A DNA stretch of 64,000 nucleotides from NCBI GenBank assembly GCA_028534125.1, contig CM052822.1:58900001-58964000 (forward strand). Direction: 5' to 3'. Of the stretch, positions 35,831 through 48,452 are shown one piece after another. A model generated the notes under the pieces. The model was given only the letters and a program-made list of their open reading frames with translations, was not told where the DNA came from and made no database searches. Both the position numbers and the translations under genes were made by a program. Numbering within the stretch: position 1 is the first letter of the stretch; each line of letters starts with the position of its first letter. This stretch comes from Lama glama. Taxonomy: Eukaryota.

Positions 35831-36800
35831 TAGAAGACCTGGAATGTCAGGTTGTGGAGTTCTGATTTTATGTGGTAAACCATTGGAAGCCACTGAAGGG
35901 TTTTCAGCAGAACATTGTACTTTAGGAAAATTAATCAAGCAGGAAGAATCACTATAGGGGAAAATGGAGGGCAAGCAGGTAGATCAGAAGATTCTTGGCC
36001 AGAAGTGACAGGAGCCTCAATAAGCAGAGTTATGCTGAAGATGGAAAGGATTTGATGGATTATACAAACAACTAGGGAGCCGATATTAATGGAATCAGTA
36101 AGATGTAGCCATCAGTAGGTTATGAGGATAAACTAGGGACAAATCCAGGATAAGTGAGATGTTTAGACTGGGGGGTGGCTAGTGCTGAAATCAGAATAGG
36201 GGTTGGGGGGAGAAGTGAAGATTTAGCAAGAGAAAGATGAGTTTAGTTTTAGACTTGAGTTTGAGGTATGGGCAGGATAATCAAGGGGAGATGTCTGTCA
36301 GACACTTGGAGATTGGATCTAGAGTGTAGAGGACAGTTCAAGGTTATACGTCCGTGGGTTCTGCATGATCACAGTGATGGAGAACGTGAAAATGGATGGG
36401 CTTTCCAAGAGACAGTGCAGAGTGAAAAGAAAGGGGCCCATGACATAACTGAGGGCAATAGCAGGAGCCAACAGCAGCAGCCCAGAGAGGGAGCAGCCCA
36501 GCAGAGAGAAGCAAAGGGAGGGAAGGATTTCACCACCTGCTGGTACACGGTGTCAATGGCATACAGAGATCTAGCAGGACTCCTACTGAGGAGAGGTGAT
36601 GAGTGAGATTTGTCAGTGAGGAGATTTCTCCTCTGAGTAGAGTAGAAAGAGGAGTCTGAGTACAAAACTGTAGGAGCGAAAAGTGTGATAGTGAAAGTAT
36701 ATTGTCATGAAGTGGAAAGAAGCAGTTATGGTAAGGAATAGTGGCAGCTCTGGTAAGTTCAAGGTTTGAATAGGGTCTGTGGAAATAGAGGGACGAGATT
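35830..36800 (-). mobile_element. L2 LINE remnant
   Basis: aaaccattggaagccactgaagggttttcagcag...gatgagtttagttttagacttgagtttgagg...ggagatgtc. Confidence 0.7.
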
Positions 36801-37078
36801 GCAAGTCCAGGAGAGGAGACATTCCTAAAATGGGGTACAGGAGAGCAAGCGTGGGGGGGCACTCCTGTGCTTGACGTCAGCTGCCTCCGTTTCCCGAGCC
36901 ACATGGGTTTGCTTTCTTTTTACCTCCTCGGTTGCATGACCAAGCGCTTTTCTAGTACCTTTATTATTATCATTTAGGGTATTCTCGTGCTGTCAGCTGT
37001 ACTCATGTTCTAGTGCGGGGAGGTTGACCTCTGCCTTGCCTGGATTTTTTTTTAACCAACGTACAACGTGCTTTAGAG

Positions 37079-37273
37079 CAAGAGTCGGCAACCTTTTTCT
37101 ATCAAGGGCCAGATAGTAAATAGACGCTGAAATTTGAAATTCATAGTTTTTTACATGTCACAAAATATTTCTTTTCCAGCCATTCAAAAACATAAAAGCC
37201 ATTCTTAGCTCACAGGTTGTACGGAAACAGGCGGCGGGCTGGATGTCCACAGGAAGTTGTCTCCTGACCCCCT
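37079..37273 (+). mobile_element. MER58B-like hAT-Charlie MITE, internally deleted
   Basis: caagagtcggcaacctttttctatcaagggccagatagtaaata...aaagccattcttagctc...aaacaggcggcgggctggat...tgacccct. Confidence 0.8.
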
Positions 37274-39930
37274 TACATGACGCTGACCAAAACAGAATGA
37301 TGCTGGTCCTCACCCACAGCCCAGGAGTCAAGCTGCATCGTCAGGATTGGATGTATTTATATGTCCAAGATCAGCCTGTGCTCTTGTGGAACCTTGACTT
37401 TTCAGAAGTCCTCTCTTTTTTGGCTCGTTTTCATTTATTCCTTTAAGCATAAAGTTAGTGAGGTAGAGGGCTCTTCCTAAGAGCTGCTCAGCTCTCAGAT
37501 TCTTACTCATTCTCCTTGCTCCGGGGGTCTTAGTATTCCTAACACTAGCTGGTTTTTTCTTCTTCAGTTCCACTAGCTGAGCATACTAATCTCTGGGCCT
37601 TGGGAGTTCACTTGCCTCCAGAGGAGAAGCTCAGAGAAATTTTCTGTGAGTGGAAAGCTCAAGAAAGGCAGTGGTTTGGAAGTGTACGCCCCATACCTCA
37701 GAACCATTTTGTTCAGATCACAACACAGCTTGGTTTAGAAAAAGTCACTCTAAATTTATGTGAGTGGGAAGCTTTTCCATTTGGCTGCCAGGTGTGTGGC
37801 AGAATACCTTCTGGAAGCTGCTACCTGCAGGATCCACGTGCGTGTTTCCCATGGCTCTCTCCTTACTCAGGAGCTCTTCTCTGCCAGCCTGGGTGGTAGA
37901 CTCGTATTTTCTCTGTGTCCTTGAACATGGAGTTTAAAAGGCCAAGTTTGGAATTCTTTGGTACCAAAAGTGACATTTATCTTCCAAATCTAAGTTCTGT
38001 TGGAGTCAAAGATAAAGTTATACATTTAAAATAAGTCAGAAGAAGCAAAAGTTGAGGTTCTCATAGAAACCAACTCCCCCTCGCTGCTCAGACATGGGTT
38101 TGCGCTGGTAAGGCGCCGTCTCCATGGCACCACAGTGTTACGTAAAAGCTCGAGCCATGTGGCTTTCTTGTCATTGGAAAGACCGTTGTGGCCTTAGCTC
38201 TTGACCTCAGATGCTTTGCTTTCCGTGCAATGGGGTTATGAGATTATGGTTTTGATGCGGGTAATTAGGAGAAACCCAGTGGGAAAGAGTTTTAGAGGGC
38301 GCAGTTGTTTCATTCTGCTCCTGGTTGGTGGTGGTATTGTCGCATCTGCTGCTTGTAGCAAACCCCACAATGAACATGTGTAATGAGAAGCAGACAGCCT
38401 GCCGTCACCCCCTCCCCCACACAAACCAACCCCCCCCCCCGCCCCGCCCCGGAAAGCCTGGCTGGCTTGTTGACGGCCATGTGCTGGGGAGGCCACAGGA
38501 AGGGAACAGCCTCGTCGGTGAGTCTTTCCCTCCCTTTAAAAATCATTGTTTTCAGATCTTGGTCTGAAATGTGGAGAATCATGTGGTTATTCTGACGCTA
38601 GCCCGATTGTTTTCTGCTGCACCAGCTCCACCTGAAAAAGCTTTTCGCCCTTTGGGAAATGACTCTTTGGTGTCTAAAGCCAGTAATAAATCAAGTTTGG
38701 TGAAGCCACTTCTGCGCACTGCCTGGCTGGCCAGACTGAGAGCAAGAAATCCCACATAAGGTCTCTCAGCCATCCCTTCCTTGTCTCCTCCTTGGAAGGC
38801 AGTCAGTGATTGAATGTTTAACACTCACTCGCCTTAAAGCCCCAGAAAGAAGAGTAACTCGATTTCTCTGTGAGTGCATGAAGTGTTAACTAGAATGCAT
38901 TCAGGAACCAGGAATAGGAGGACGTTGCTATTACATTTGCTGCATCTGTTTTTGCTAGGTTTTCTCCTCTCTGGCGTTTGTTTAGCGGTTACTTACTGTT
39001 GGCCAGATACTATGAGAGAACCAGCGTACCCCTTACCTCAAATAACTGCATGGGGGTCCACCATTGACCCCCTAACAACTGGAGATGAGACTTGAGACGT
39101 CACCCCTCTCCTGTTGTGCTTGTACCCAAGACACTGAAGTCGTGTTCGAAGCCAAGCACCGGACCTCCCTTCTCTAGACGCTGTCTTTCATCAAAGGGAG
39201 CCGCAGTCCCCGTCACATTGTGAGGACTGGGATCTTACTGCTCCTGTTCCCAATTAACTTCAGCCTCTGGTCTTTCCGTATTTGATGCACACATGACCAA
39301 ATCAGAGCAACCTAATAAAAGTCTCCCCTATACAATTGGAACTATGAAGTAAAAACAGCTTCGGTCTCGGCTCTTGCCCAGTTCCGACTCCCTGACTACA
39401 GTTACCTGAAGAGTTTGATCCCTTTAATTACGATTCCTTCCTTCCTTCTTTTATCCCTTTATTCTCATCACTGAAAGAGCCTTAGCAGTGACATGTTCCA
39501 AAATTGGCCCAGAAGATGCTACCTCCCCTGAGGTAACAAAATAACAGTTTAGAGAACAAGGGAGAGAGTAAAGAATTTGAGGCAGTACAAAATCCTTGTT
39601 TTACTTCTGACCCTTTTAATACAAATTGAGGCCTTATACTGTATAGAACTCATAACTCTTAGGAACCAACTGGTCTGCCATTTGCCTTGCTCTCTGGGCC
39701 ATTTGGGGGACATGAAAATGAAGGACCAGCTGGTCCTAAGTGGGACAGTTTGCAGTTCTTAGTTGTTAACTGATTCATTGACAACATTTGCAGCTTAAGA
39801 TCTCCAGGTGATTCAGCTTTAAAGCTTACGAGAGAGGACCAGGAGCAAGCTTTTCGTACACGAGGTGTGTCACATTTCTGAGATCCAGCAGCGCGAAGTG
39901 GTTGGGCTTTGCATGTAGAGCCAGGCGATA

Positions 39931-39962
39931 ACCACGTTCCTGTCTGACCACGTTCCTGTCTG
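39931..39962 (+). repeat. Perfect 16-bp tandem duplication
   Basis: accacgttcctgtctg x2. Confidence 0.95.
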
Positions 39963-41401
39963 CCTCTGCGTGTTGTGCCAAAGCTTGAGTCCTGGGTGGT
40001 GTTCTTGCTGCTTAGGGCAAGAGTAGAGTAGTGAGAGAGTGTTAACTTTTCTTGGGCTATATGCAGAGTTAAATGTCTTGCTGTCTTTGTGAAGTGGGGT
40101 TTTTAAGATTTTGTTTTGTTTCTCGTTGGGGAGAAGGATGGCAGGGGAAAGTATAGAAATGGAACTAATTGAATCTGGGGGTAAAAATGTCTGCTGGGAG
40201 TCTGTGAATTATAAATTGGCCAGCTGCAGCAGCAGGAACTCAAGCAAAGGTATTGGAGAGCAGTCAGTGTGACAGGAAGCTTATTTTGGAGTTCCTTCTG
40301 TCCCTTGCCTTGTCCTTGACGTTTACTCCAGGGAACTGTATAAATGGAAAGAAGGGAGAGGTGGCCCTGGTTTCTTATGTTGGAAACTTACACTGTCCCT
40401 TTCCCAGCTCTCTGTCCCCTGGCCCTGCTTAGCTCCACTGTGCCTGCTAGCCAGGCACGTGCCACATGCTGGCAGATAAAGCCTGTTTTTGTTCTGAAAG
40501 CCCCACCAGAACTGCCATTTTGTCTTCTCTGTGGTTTGATGAAAAATTGTGTTAAACTTTCAGGGAGCGGTATTTAAAGCAGAGGGATTTTGAGTTGAAT
40601 ATTATTTAAGAAGTCTTTCCCTAAATATAGGGAAAAAAAAATCACAGTTCCCTGGTCTGGGCTCCTTTCATGGAAGCAGAGGGGTGGGCTTCGTGGCCAC
40701 CTTCCAGCTTTAGGATCGAATAACTGCCTTTTCATTGCCATTGGGAAACTTATTTATAACCCCATAGTCATCTCCACACTAAGTTTTTCCGATACTTCAT
40801 CCAGATTTTCTTTCCCCTAATAATTACACCCCCTATTTTCAGACTAAGTGTTTTCCCTCCTTTTTGTGTTTACACCTTTCAAATATTTGCAGATTGTTAT
40901 CATGTCACCCTCTTAGTCACCACTTAGCCGAGCTGTACAGATTTAGCACCTTTTATCTTTCCTTTCAAGGCAGGCCTCCCCGCCCCTGAGTCATTTTCTG
41001 CCACTCTCTCTAAGTGAGCTGCGGCTTTCTGCACTTCCATATGGCCGCATGGCTTCCTGGAGCTGAGCATGGGGTCACGAGTGGGAATTATTTCCCCGTT
41101 TGCCATATTGGAAACAACATGATTGCGGTGCTCCAGCCTCAGGTCTCACTGACATTGCTGGTCGGTGCTGCCCACTTGTTCTCTGTGTATAAACTGCATT
41201 GCCCACGTGTGCAAAGACCGGTGGGCCAAGGGGTGTAGCTGTGCTTGCTTTTTCATCATTGAAGTACAATGTCACCATGGGGATGTGGGATGCCTGTAGT
41301 GAGGGATTCTGTCAGCCCCTCTCTTGGTATTTGCATAAGGTCTACAGCCCTGGCCATTCATAAGCCATTTCTGTCTGTGTATATACTTCCTTCCGGAAGT
41401 A

Positions 41402-41539
41402 TTTTTTAATGCCTTTGGGGGGGGTGGAATACATATTTATTTTTATATTTTGTTATCTTTTAATGGAGGTACTAGAAATTGAACCTACGACCTCGTACAT
41501 GCTGAGCACACACTCGACCACTGAGCTACACCCTACCCC
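41402..41539 (-). mobile_element. Camelid tRNA-derived SINE (Vic-1 type), more diverged copy
   Basis: Minus strand GGGGTAGGGTGTAGCTCAGTGGTCGAGTGTGTGCTCAGCATGTACGAGGTCGTAGGTTCAATTTCTAGTACCTCCATTAAAAG...; TSD ttccggaagta (41391-41401) / ttccagaagta (41544-41554). Confidence 0.85.
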
Positions 41540-44260
41540 ACCTTTCCAGAAGTACTTCTCACAAATGTTCATCCAACATATTTGCTGAGGCTCTACAATG
41601 CCACGGTGTGCTAAGCAGTGTTTGGATGCTAAAAATAAAATCTGAGGAAGACACAGTACTCACCCTAAGAAACAATTTTTAGTTTTATTTGGGTTGGAAA
41701 TACTGAATTCTCACATAGGCTCGCTTGTGGTGGCAGTGAGGGGAGAGAACAGATTTATGGGAACATCCTTGAAACTCTTAAACAGGATCCAAGGCGAGGT
41801 CAGATCCCACAGGTCCTGGAACCCGGAGGGTGATAGTGGGTTGGAGTTGGTTCTGAGGACATCCTGGGAGATCTCCAGTGTTAGCTCTCCAATGATGACG
41901 CAGCGTACTCCCCTCCCTCCCCCTGCTCCGGATGGGCTAATGTGCACACTGCCCAGTCCAGAGCCCAGAAGGAATCTTTCTCACCTGTTACGATTCATAT
42001 CTCTTTAGATAGAGCTTTTCTCCCACTGCCAGCCTGACTATAAATGGCCGCCCTTGAATCCAGTGCAGCAGTAGCTCCACCCGCCTTCCCTCCCTCCCTG
42101 ATTTCTCACCGTCTGCTCTGACCTCCATCTCCAACTTGTGGTGAGAGGAGAGGACAGAAGGCAGGGTCACGTGCTGGAAAACATAGCTGCCTGAGGCTGA
42201 CCCTTAGCAAGGGACGTGGCAGTGGTGAGCCCCGTGATTGACTTGTCCCGTGCATCCTACCAACCGTCTCCTAGACACTGATGCATCCTCCTGACAGAAC
42301 CCAGTTCTCACATGTTACTTCTTAGCATCCTGCACCCTACAGGCTGAATGGTAAATTCACTCCCCGTAGCATGCTTTACACAATGGCAGAGGAAACTAAT
42401 GTTGTCATGCTAATCATTAGCAGTCTGTCTTTTTCATGATTGAGTTTTCACCTTCCAACACTGTGTCTAGCCCGGACTAGGCACTGAGACGTATTTGTGA
42501 AATGGAGGGAGGGAAGGAAGGTCTACCAAGGGAACTGTGGTATTTTCAAGTATCCTGAGTACCGGAAGGCAAAGGTGAGGTCTGCATGCCTGCTCTGCTG
42601 CCCCTCACGAATGTCTGATGCAGTAACAAGCACACAGTGGACAAGCAATGAGCACCATCAGCTAATCCTTCCAAGTGGTTAACTGTCTCTACTAGAGTTG
42701 TGTTTCCTGCAGCTAATGCCTGGTCTCTTGTTTGCTGGACTCAGTGCCATTGGGAAGCTGTCACTTCTGGCCAAGACAGGTTTGCCACACTCTCCTTTCA
42801 CTCCCAGGAAAGGAGAAAGCAGTCGCGGTCCAAGCCCAGAGGCTTAATTATCATAAAAGTCAGCATACAGCGTAAAATATTCAGAGATACATGACTCTGT
42901 TACATAGCCATCAATAGAATCTCTTATACAGACATTATCGTATCATTGAGAAGAATTTGTACTTCTTGTTCCAGAGCTGACTGACCAAATCGTTGCCGTT
43001 AATTGACCTAGTTAGTCAGTGTCTCTAAATGTGTAATTTCTTTGTAACAGAATTCTCTGATAGCCCAGCATTTTACATTTGAAAGGAGGAAGCCTGCACT
43101 CCAGGAGTCAAGCCTTGGATGGGGAATCTCAAAGGGGCATAACCCAGATTGAAGGGTTTTTATGGCCAGGAGAGGCTGGGGAGCTCCCTCATTTTATAGA
43201 CAGACAGACCTCGGGGCCTGGAAGGGTTTTATGCTTTGTCAGTGGCTGAGTAGAAACCAGAAATGGTTGTAAGTAGTGACGGATTTTCTCTTTCTAAACC
43301 ATACGAAACCAGGAAAATTATCTTTTTTGTGTCTAATAGTCTTGACCAACCATCATATCCCAGGAAGCATAGAAAAGATGTGAAAAACAATGGGTTTTAC
43401 GTAGCCAGGTCGGTCTTGTTGGGCTTGTAAGAGGTCCCAGGGCCTATGGAGCAGATGGGGTGGGGGTGTGTCTTGCCTGCCTTTTCTGTGTCTGCCCGTG
43501 GCCAAGTCAGCTGAGAGGCCCCTGTGGGGCCTCTCCATTCTGGCACTCTCCTCTCCCTCCCCCAAATAATAGGGAAGGAAATGTTCAAGGATATGGGTTT
43601 GGGCGTTTTCGTTGTTGTTTTGTTTTCTAAAATTCTTTTCATCTGTGAATGGCTTGTCAGTGTCAGGTAAGCCTGGCAGTTGACCTGCACCTGTATGTTG
43701 GAAGCACAGCGCGCCTAACCTGTCCTTATCAGCAGGCAGCGCGCGCCTGTGTATTATCAGAAGGCAGCGATTAGTGGTAATATGCACAATCCAGAATGGT
43801 GGAGTCTTCCCCGCCTGGCTGCGGAGGGCTTCTGGAAGCCCAGTGGCAGCTCACATCATGTTCACCTTCCTGGGATTCTTCTTTGCTGCCTGTGGGCCTG
43901 CCTAGCCTGGCAACTGCAGCCCCCAGTTTACTTTCAGAGAACCCAGTTTTCTTCCCCTTGATCCATTTTCTTCAACTTTTTCTTTTGTAAATCCATCATT
44001 GTTGGTCACAAAGTGCCCCCCCCCCGCCCCTGGGACACCAGCCCAGTGCCAGCAGCGGTCATGGGAGTCAGGGGGCACCGCGAACTGGGTTTCCTTACTA
44101 ACCAGGCTCTTAGGAAAAGAGGACGCAATGGGACTCTCCTTGCTAATGGCTCGTCCTTCACCTATTTCAGTCTGAAAACATTGAACTCTCCAAGAGGGCC
44201 ATCAGGGGCCCTCCCCCCACCCATCGCCCCAAGCCTCTGTCTTTACACTTCAGTCTGCAC

Positions 44261-44492
44261 CAGTGTTCTCCAAGCAGTGGGCTTTGCCCCACCAGAGGTC
44301 TTCAGTTAATTCATTGTCGTTACCATAGATTTTTTTTCGTTAATGAAATAGGGCAGAAGGGAGACAGGGAGTATCACATGTAGTCACGATTCACCACTGT
44401 TCTGTGCAAACTTTATTCCATGTTAAGTGTATATACCCATATGTAAGTGTGTGTGTGGGTCATAATAAACATTAAAAGTTTGAAAAACACTC
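44261..44492. mobile_element. hAT-Charlie-type MITE, full length
   Basis: Imperfect TIRs cagtgttctccaa / ttgaaaaacactc; 8-bp flanks gtctgcac (44253-44260) / atctacac (44493-44500). Confidence 0.65.
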
Positions 44493-47049
44493 ATCTACAC
44501 AATCCATCTGTATAAGTAGCTTGGCTCATCAAGTTTCTAACACTCAGATATTCTATATTATAAAAACCCTTCCTGCTCTCCTGGCCCCAACTTGGAGCAC
44601 TGTTCTGATAATAGATTCTGCCTTGCCCGTCCACCCTGTTTCTGAGTCCCTGTCGTGGTATTTTGCCCAGGGCCCTCTCGTATTGAGGATTTCCCCTGCT
44701 GCTCCAGTCCGCCAGTGCCAGGGACTCTTCTGCGTGACAAGCCCAGTGCCAGCGGTCCCTCCGCTTTACGTGCAAACCCCAGCCTGTAGTCCCTGACTCT
44801 GCTCACCTACCCACCAAGTAATCAAGTTACCCCAGAGCCCTGCACCTCCTACCTAGTCTCCAGTGTGATTCTGACCCACTCTGGGTCCAGTGTTGTTCAG
44901 CTCCAGAAAAGGATGTTTTCTCAGTGACTTCAGCATCTGGCACTGCAGTTGAGATTGTCCCCTTAGTGGCTTTGTGATTTGGGGCCTTATGTCGATTCAT
45001 AGTCAGGGATACTGAGTGAATATTCACCTTTCCCCTCTTGGTTCTCCTAGCACTTACACCTGGGCTTACCTGTCACCTGCTCCTACTGGCTCTGTTTTTA
45101 AGATATAACCCCTCTCTACCCTAGTAAGTGGTGTCAGCCAAGCCATACTTGCCCCTGAGCTGAGTTGTGACATTGAGACAGGTTTTGACAGGGAAAGGGT
45201 TACTTTAGAGGAGACAGGTCAAAGAGTTGTAAGAGTCAGTGCTGTAGAAAAGGAAGTGAATGATAAAAGCAGAGAAAATACTCCTGTTCTCAAGCAACTT
45301 TTCTGTTCACTTTCCTTTCTCTTACCTGCCTGCCTGACAGGACTTGATAGGCTTGGATGTGTTTACTTTTTTCATTTAAAGGGCAGGAAAACTCCTCCTT
45401 CAGCTCCCTCCTCTTGGAGAACTGGAGCCCAGCTCCTGGCAAGTAGAGGAGCAGGGGACAAAGGCTCTCCTTTCCTTTGCATCCACATGGAGCGCATCCA
45501 CAACGGACTTGCTCCTGGAAAAGAATCTGAATCCATTTCAGCTTGACTTGTTGAACTCCCTGGGCTCACTGGGCCATCATGCTTCTCAGTGTGATCACTT
45601 GGTGGTCTCCTAGGATTCACAGAAGGCTGCTGGGGATTTCAGAATACCAAGGAAGTGGCAGGAATAGAGTAGGGACATCTGCTCAACTTGGAAGACTGTC
45701 CTCTTAGTGGAAACTCTTTCCCCCAGTCCCAGTGAGTGGCCCTAGGCTCCTCCCAGTTCTGGTCCCTAGTTCACAGCAGCAGCACCAACCGCACCCCACT
45801 TCTGTCCTATCCACATGGCTGCTAAGAGTGACTTGTTTTAGCATTATTCGTGTTTCTGCAACTGTGCTTTATCTATGGTTATGTGGCCAGAAAGTTCAAT
45901 ACAATGGCTTCTTTTTCTGACAATTCTATTCCTGCTCAGTTTGCAGATATAAAATGAAGAGTGTTTTTGGCTATTATCATTGTAAAAATCACGGGCTATC
46001 TTTCACTCTAGCCCCTATCACTCCCTTCAAGGTTAACCTCAGGCTTTTTGGCTCTATGAGTTTATTGATGTCTTTTTCAAAAATAAGTTCCACTTTTCCC
46101 TCACAGCCTGCCACTGAGGTGCTGGGATGGAGTGAGGCAGCCCTGGTGATCTTACCTGTGTGACACGTGGGTGGGGCCTTCTCTGTGGAATGGGGAGTTG
46201 TGGGTGGGAGAATGGTCCTGGCCACCAGCTCAGGCTGCTTTCCTCTTGCCGTTTCTCTCCTGATGCTCTGCTCCCAGTCTAACGTTCTGTTTGATGTCGT
46301 GTATTCCTTTTTTGAGGCCTGGAGGCTTGGGGAAAAAGCTCTGTTCTTGAGCTTCTGAAAACCCAGAGTATAAACTATTACCTCTCCTCTGAGCTTTATG
46401 ACCTTGAATCAGTGCTGTGGCCAGAAACATGAGCAGCCACCTGGCTTCCTCCATAAGGGATGTACCTTCTGTCCCAGCAGTGGTGGCCCCTCTTCTCCCA
46501 GAGACTCCCAGCAGGTATTTGCAGTAGCCTAGACGCCCTGCTGCCCCGCCTGCCGCATCTTTTGTAACTTCATCTGAGGCTCTTTGTAAACGCACAGTGT
46601 CACCTTCTAGTCATGCCTTATTGCAGCAGGAGAGACCCGCCGTGACTGAGAGACATGGGCACTAAATGCTTGCTCCTCCGTATTTTGATCATTTTCGTCT
46701 TCTAGGTCTGTAGCCTAGTTCAGGTTTCTGCTTCATGATTACAGCTGCAGTGTGACTGTTTTGAAATACCTGTAAGTCTAATTCAGACATAAAAATGTGA
46801 CATATTCCGTGTCCTGTCACAGATGACCACTGTTAGTGATAAATATTTGCAAAATGAATGATTGAATCAAAAAAGACCTTAAAGGCCATCTACTTTGGTT
46901 AGTAAGCATCTATACTGTGTAAAATACTGTCCTTGGATACATAGGAGTGTGAGAGTGTGTCCTCAGGAATCTCCCAGGCTCGTTTGAGGAGTAAAAGATG
47001 ACAGGTTTTGAGTGTGGGTTATTTCTAAGAGTGTTAATGTTAATATTGA

Positions 47050-47275
47050 TAAAATAATGAGAGCTAAAATGGATTGAACCTTTCCATGTGTCAGGCATGG
47101 TTCTAAGTATTTTACATAATAATTTGCCACAGTTCACCCAACAGCCGTGTGAAGTAGTTATATTAAACCGATTTTGCCAATAGGATGACTGAGGCTTTGC
47201 ATGGTTCTGTAACTTGGCCAAGGTCACAAATCTAGTAAATGATAGTTAGGATGTGAAGCCAGGTCTGTCTCATAC
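47050..47275 (-). mobile_element. MIR SINE
   Basis: ccatgtgtcaggcatggttctaagtattttaca...gactgaggct...taacttggccaaggtcaca...gaagccaggtctgtct. Confidence 0.8.
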
Positions 47276-47886
47276 TTGATCAATATTCTGTTTTTTTCTG
47301 TCTCTCCTTCTGAATGAAAAACTGATGGCACTGCTGCCCCACACATAGCCAGAGGACAGAGAGGGAAGCTTATTTAAAGAGGAAAATGACACTGAGTTAA
47401 CACTTTTGAATTGGATGTGAAAGTCAGATAGTAAAGAGGAAATGTCTGGGAGTCAGCTGGAATGGCTCTTAGGAGGCGGAATGGCGGAGGATATCAGTAT
47501 AATTTTGGTGAGAGGGCCATTGACGTAAGTGATGGGTAAAGTGGTAAGGCTCTAAGACTGCCAGCAGCGAGGAGTGCAAGATGAGCATTCAGCCCATCTT
47601 GGGTGTATGTGTGCGCACGTTTCCCACGTACCTGTCTGGAACTCCCCGAACTGTTAACAATTCCCAGGTGCTGTGACTGACATCCCCGCTCGGTAGTTGC
47701 TGCTTTGGTCGCGTTAGTGTTTCTCACCTCAGGCGAGCTGAAACTCCTCTGCTTGTACCGCTACCGCTGCCCTGTCTCTTGGGGCAGCATTCTGACCTAA
47801 TGCCTGTCTCATTAGAAGTGTCATCCTTGCTGGACACCAGGCCTCGTGGGCCCCTTCTCATCACCATTTCTTTTCTCCCAACACAG

Positions 47887-47996
47887 GCATCGAATGCCCC
47901 AGGGGAGCCCGAAACCTCCCAGGCCTGGTGCAGGAGGGAGAGCCGTTCAGTGAGGAAGCAACGCTTTTCACCAAGGAACTGGTGCTACAGCGAGAG
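47887..47996 (+). CDS. SND1: SND1 (staphylococcal nuclease and Tudor domain containing 1) internal coding exon, SN4 domain, equivalent to human exon 16; phase 1 in, phase 0 out
   Basis: Acceptor catttcttttctcccaacacAG (AG 47885-47886) and donor GAG|GTagga (GT 47997-47998). The 110 nt are 2 nt plus 36 codons: GC + [36 protein letters not shown], matching recalled SND1 ...[45 protein letters not shown]... Exon number is from memory. Confidence 0.97.
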
Positions 47997-48320
47997 GTAG
48001 GACATCTTTCGGTTGCTTCTTGTATAAGGAGGAGGTAGGACCCGGGCTCACTTGGTCTCATGTTTCTCCGCCGTGTCAGAGACCAGTCTGCCACTCTCCC
48101 CGGTGCTCAGCCTCCCACATCCGTGACCCATTCTGTGTCTGCCCACATCCTGTTCCTTGAGCCCTGCCTCACTGGCCAGCCGCCCTCCGGCTGCTCCCCA
48201 CTGTGGGTGTCCTGGGACGCGTGGTGAACACCAGGCCGGCCCAGCCAGGCCCCTGATGCAGAGAGCCTGCAGCCTGCAATCTCCTCCTTGGCGAATTAGC
48301 CTGAGCTGCCTGCCTCCAGC

Positions 48321-48452
48321 NNNNNNNNNNNNNNNNNNNNNNNNNNNNNNNNNNNNNNNNNNNNNNNNNNNNNNNNNNNNNNNNNNNNNNNNNNNNNNNN
48401 NNNNNNNNNNNNNNNNNNNNNNNNNNNNNNNNNNNNNNNNNNNNNNNNNNNN
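48321..48452. other. Assembly gap
   Basis: Run of N. Confidence 1.

Larger units (their letters stand above)
1..47886 (+). other. SND1: SND1 intron upstream of the exon (human intron 15 equivalent), 5' end outside the window
   Basis: No other SND1 peptide recognised upstream; ends in a canonical polypyrimidine tract and AG. Confidence 0.85.

Noticed and set aside
44040-44757. 14-bp direct repeat agcccagtgccagc 700 bp apart
   Set aside because: Only two short copies and no array structure; compatible with chance.
47779-48000. 73-aa ORF over the SND1 exon
   Set aside because: Wrong frame; the splice-defined frame gives the SND1 peptide.
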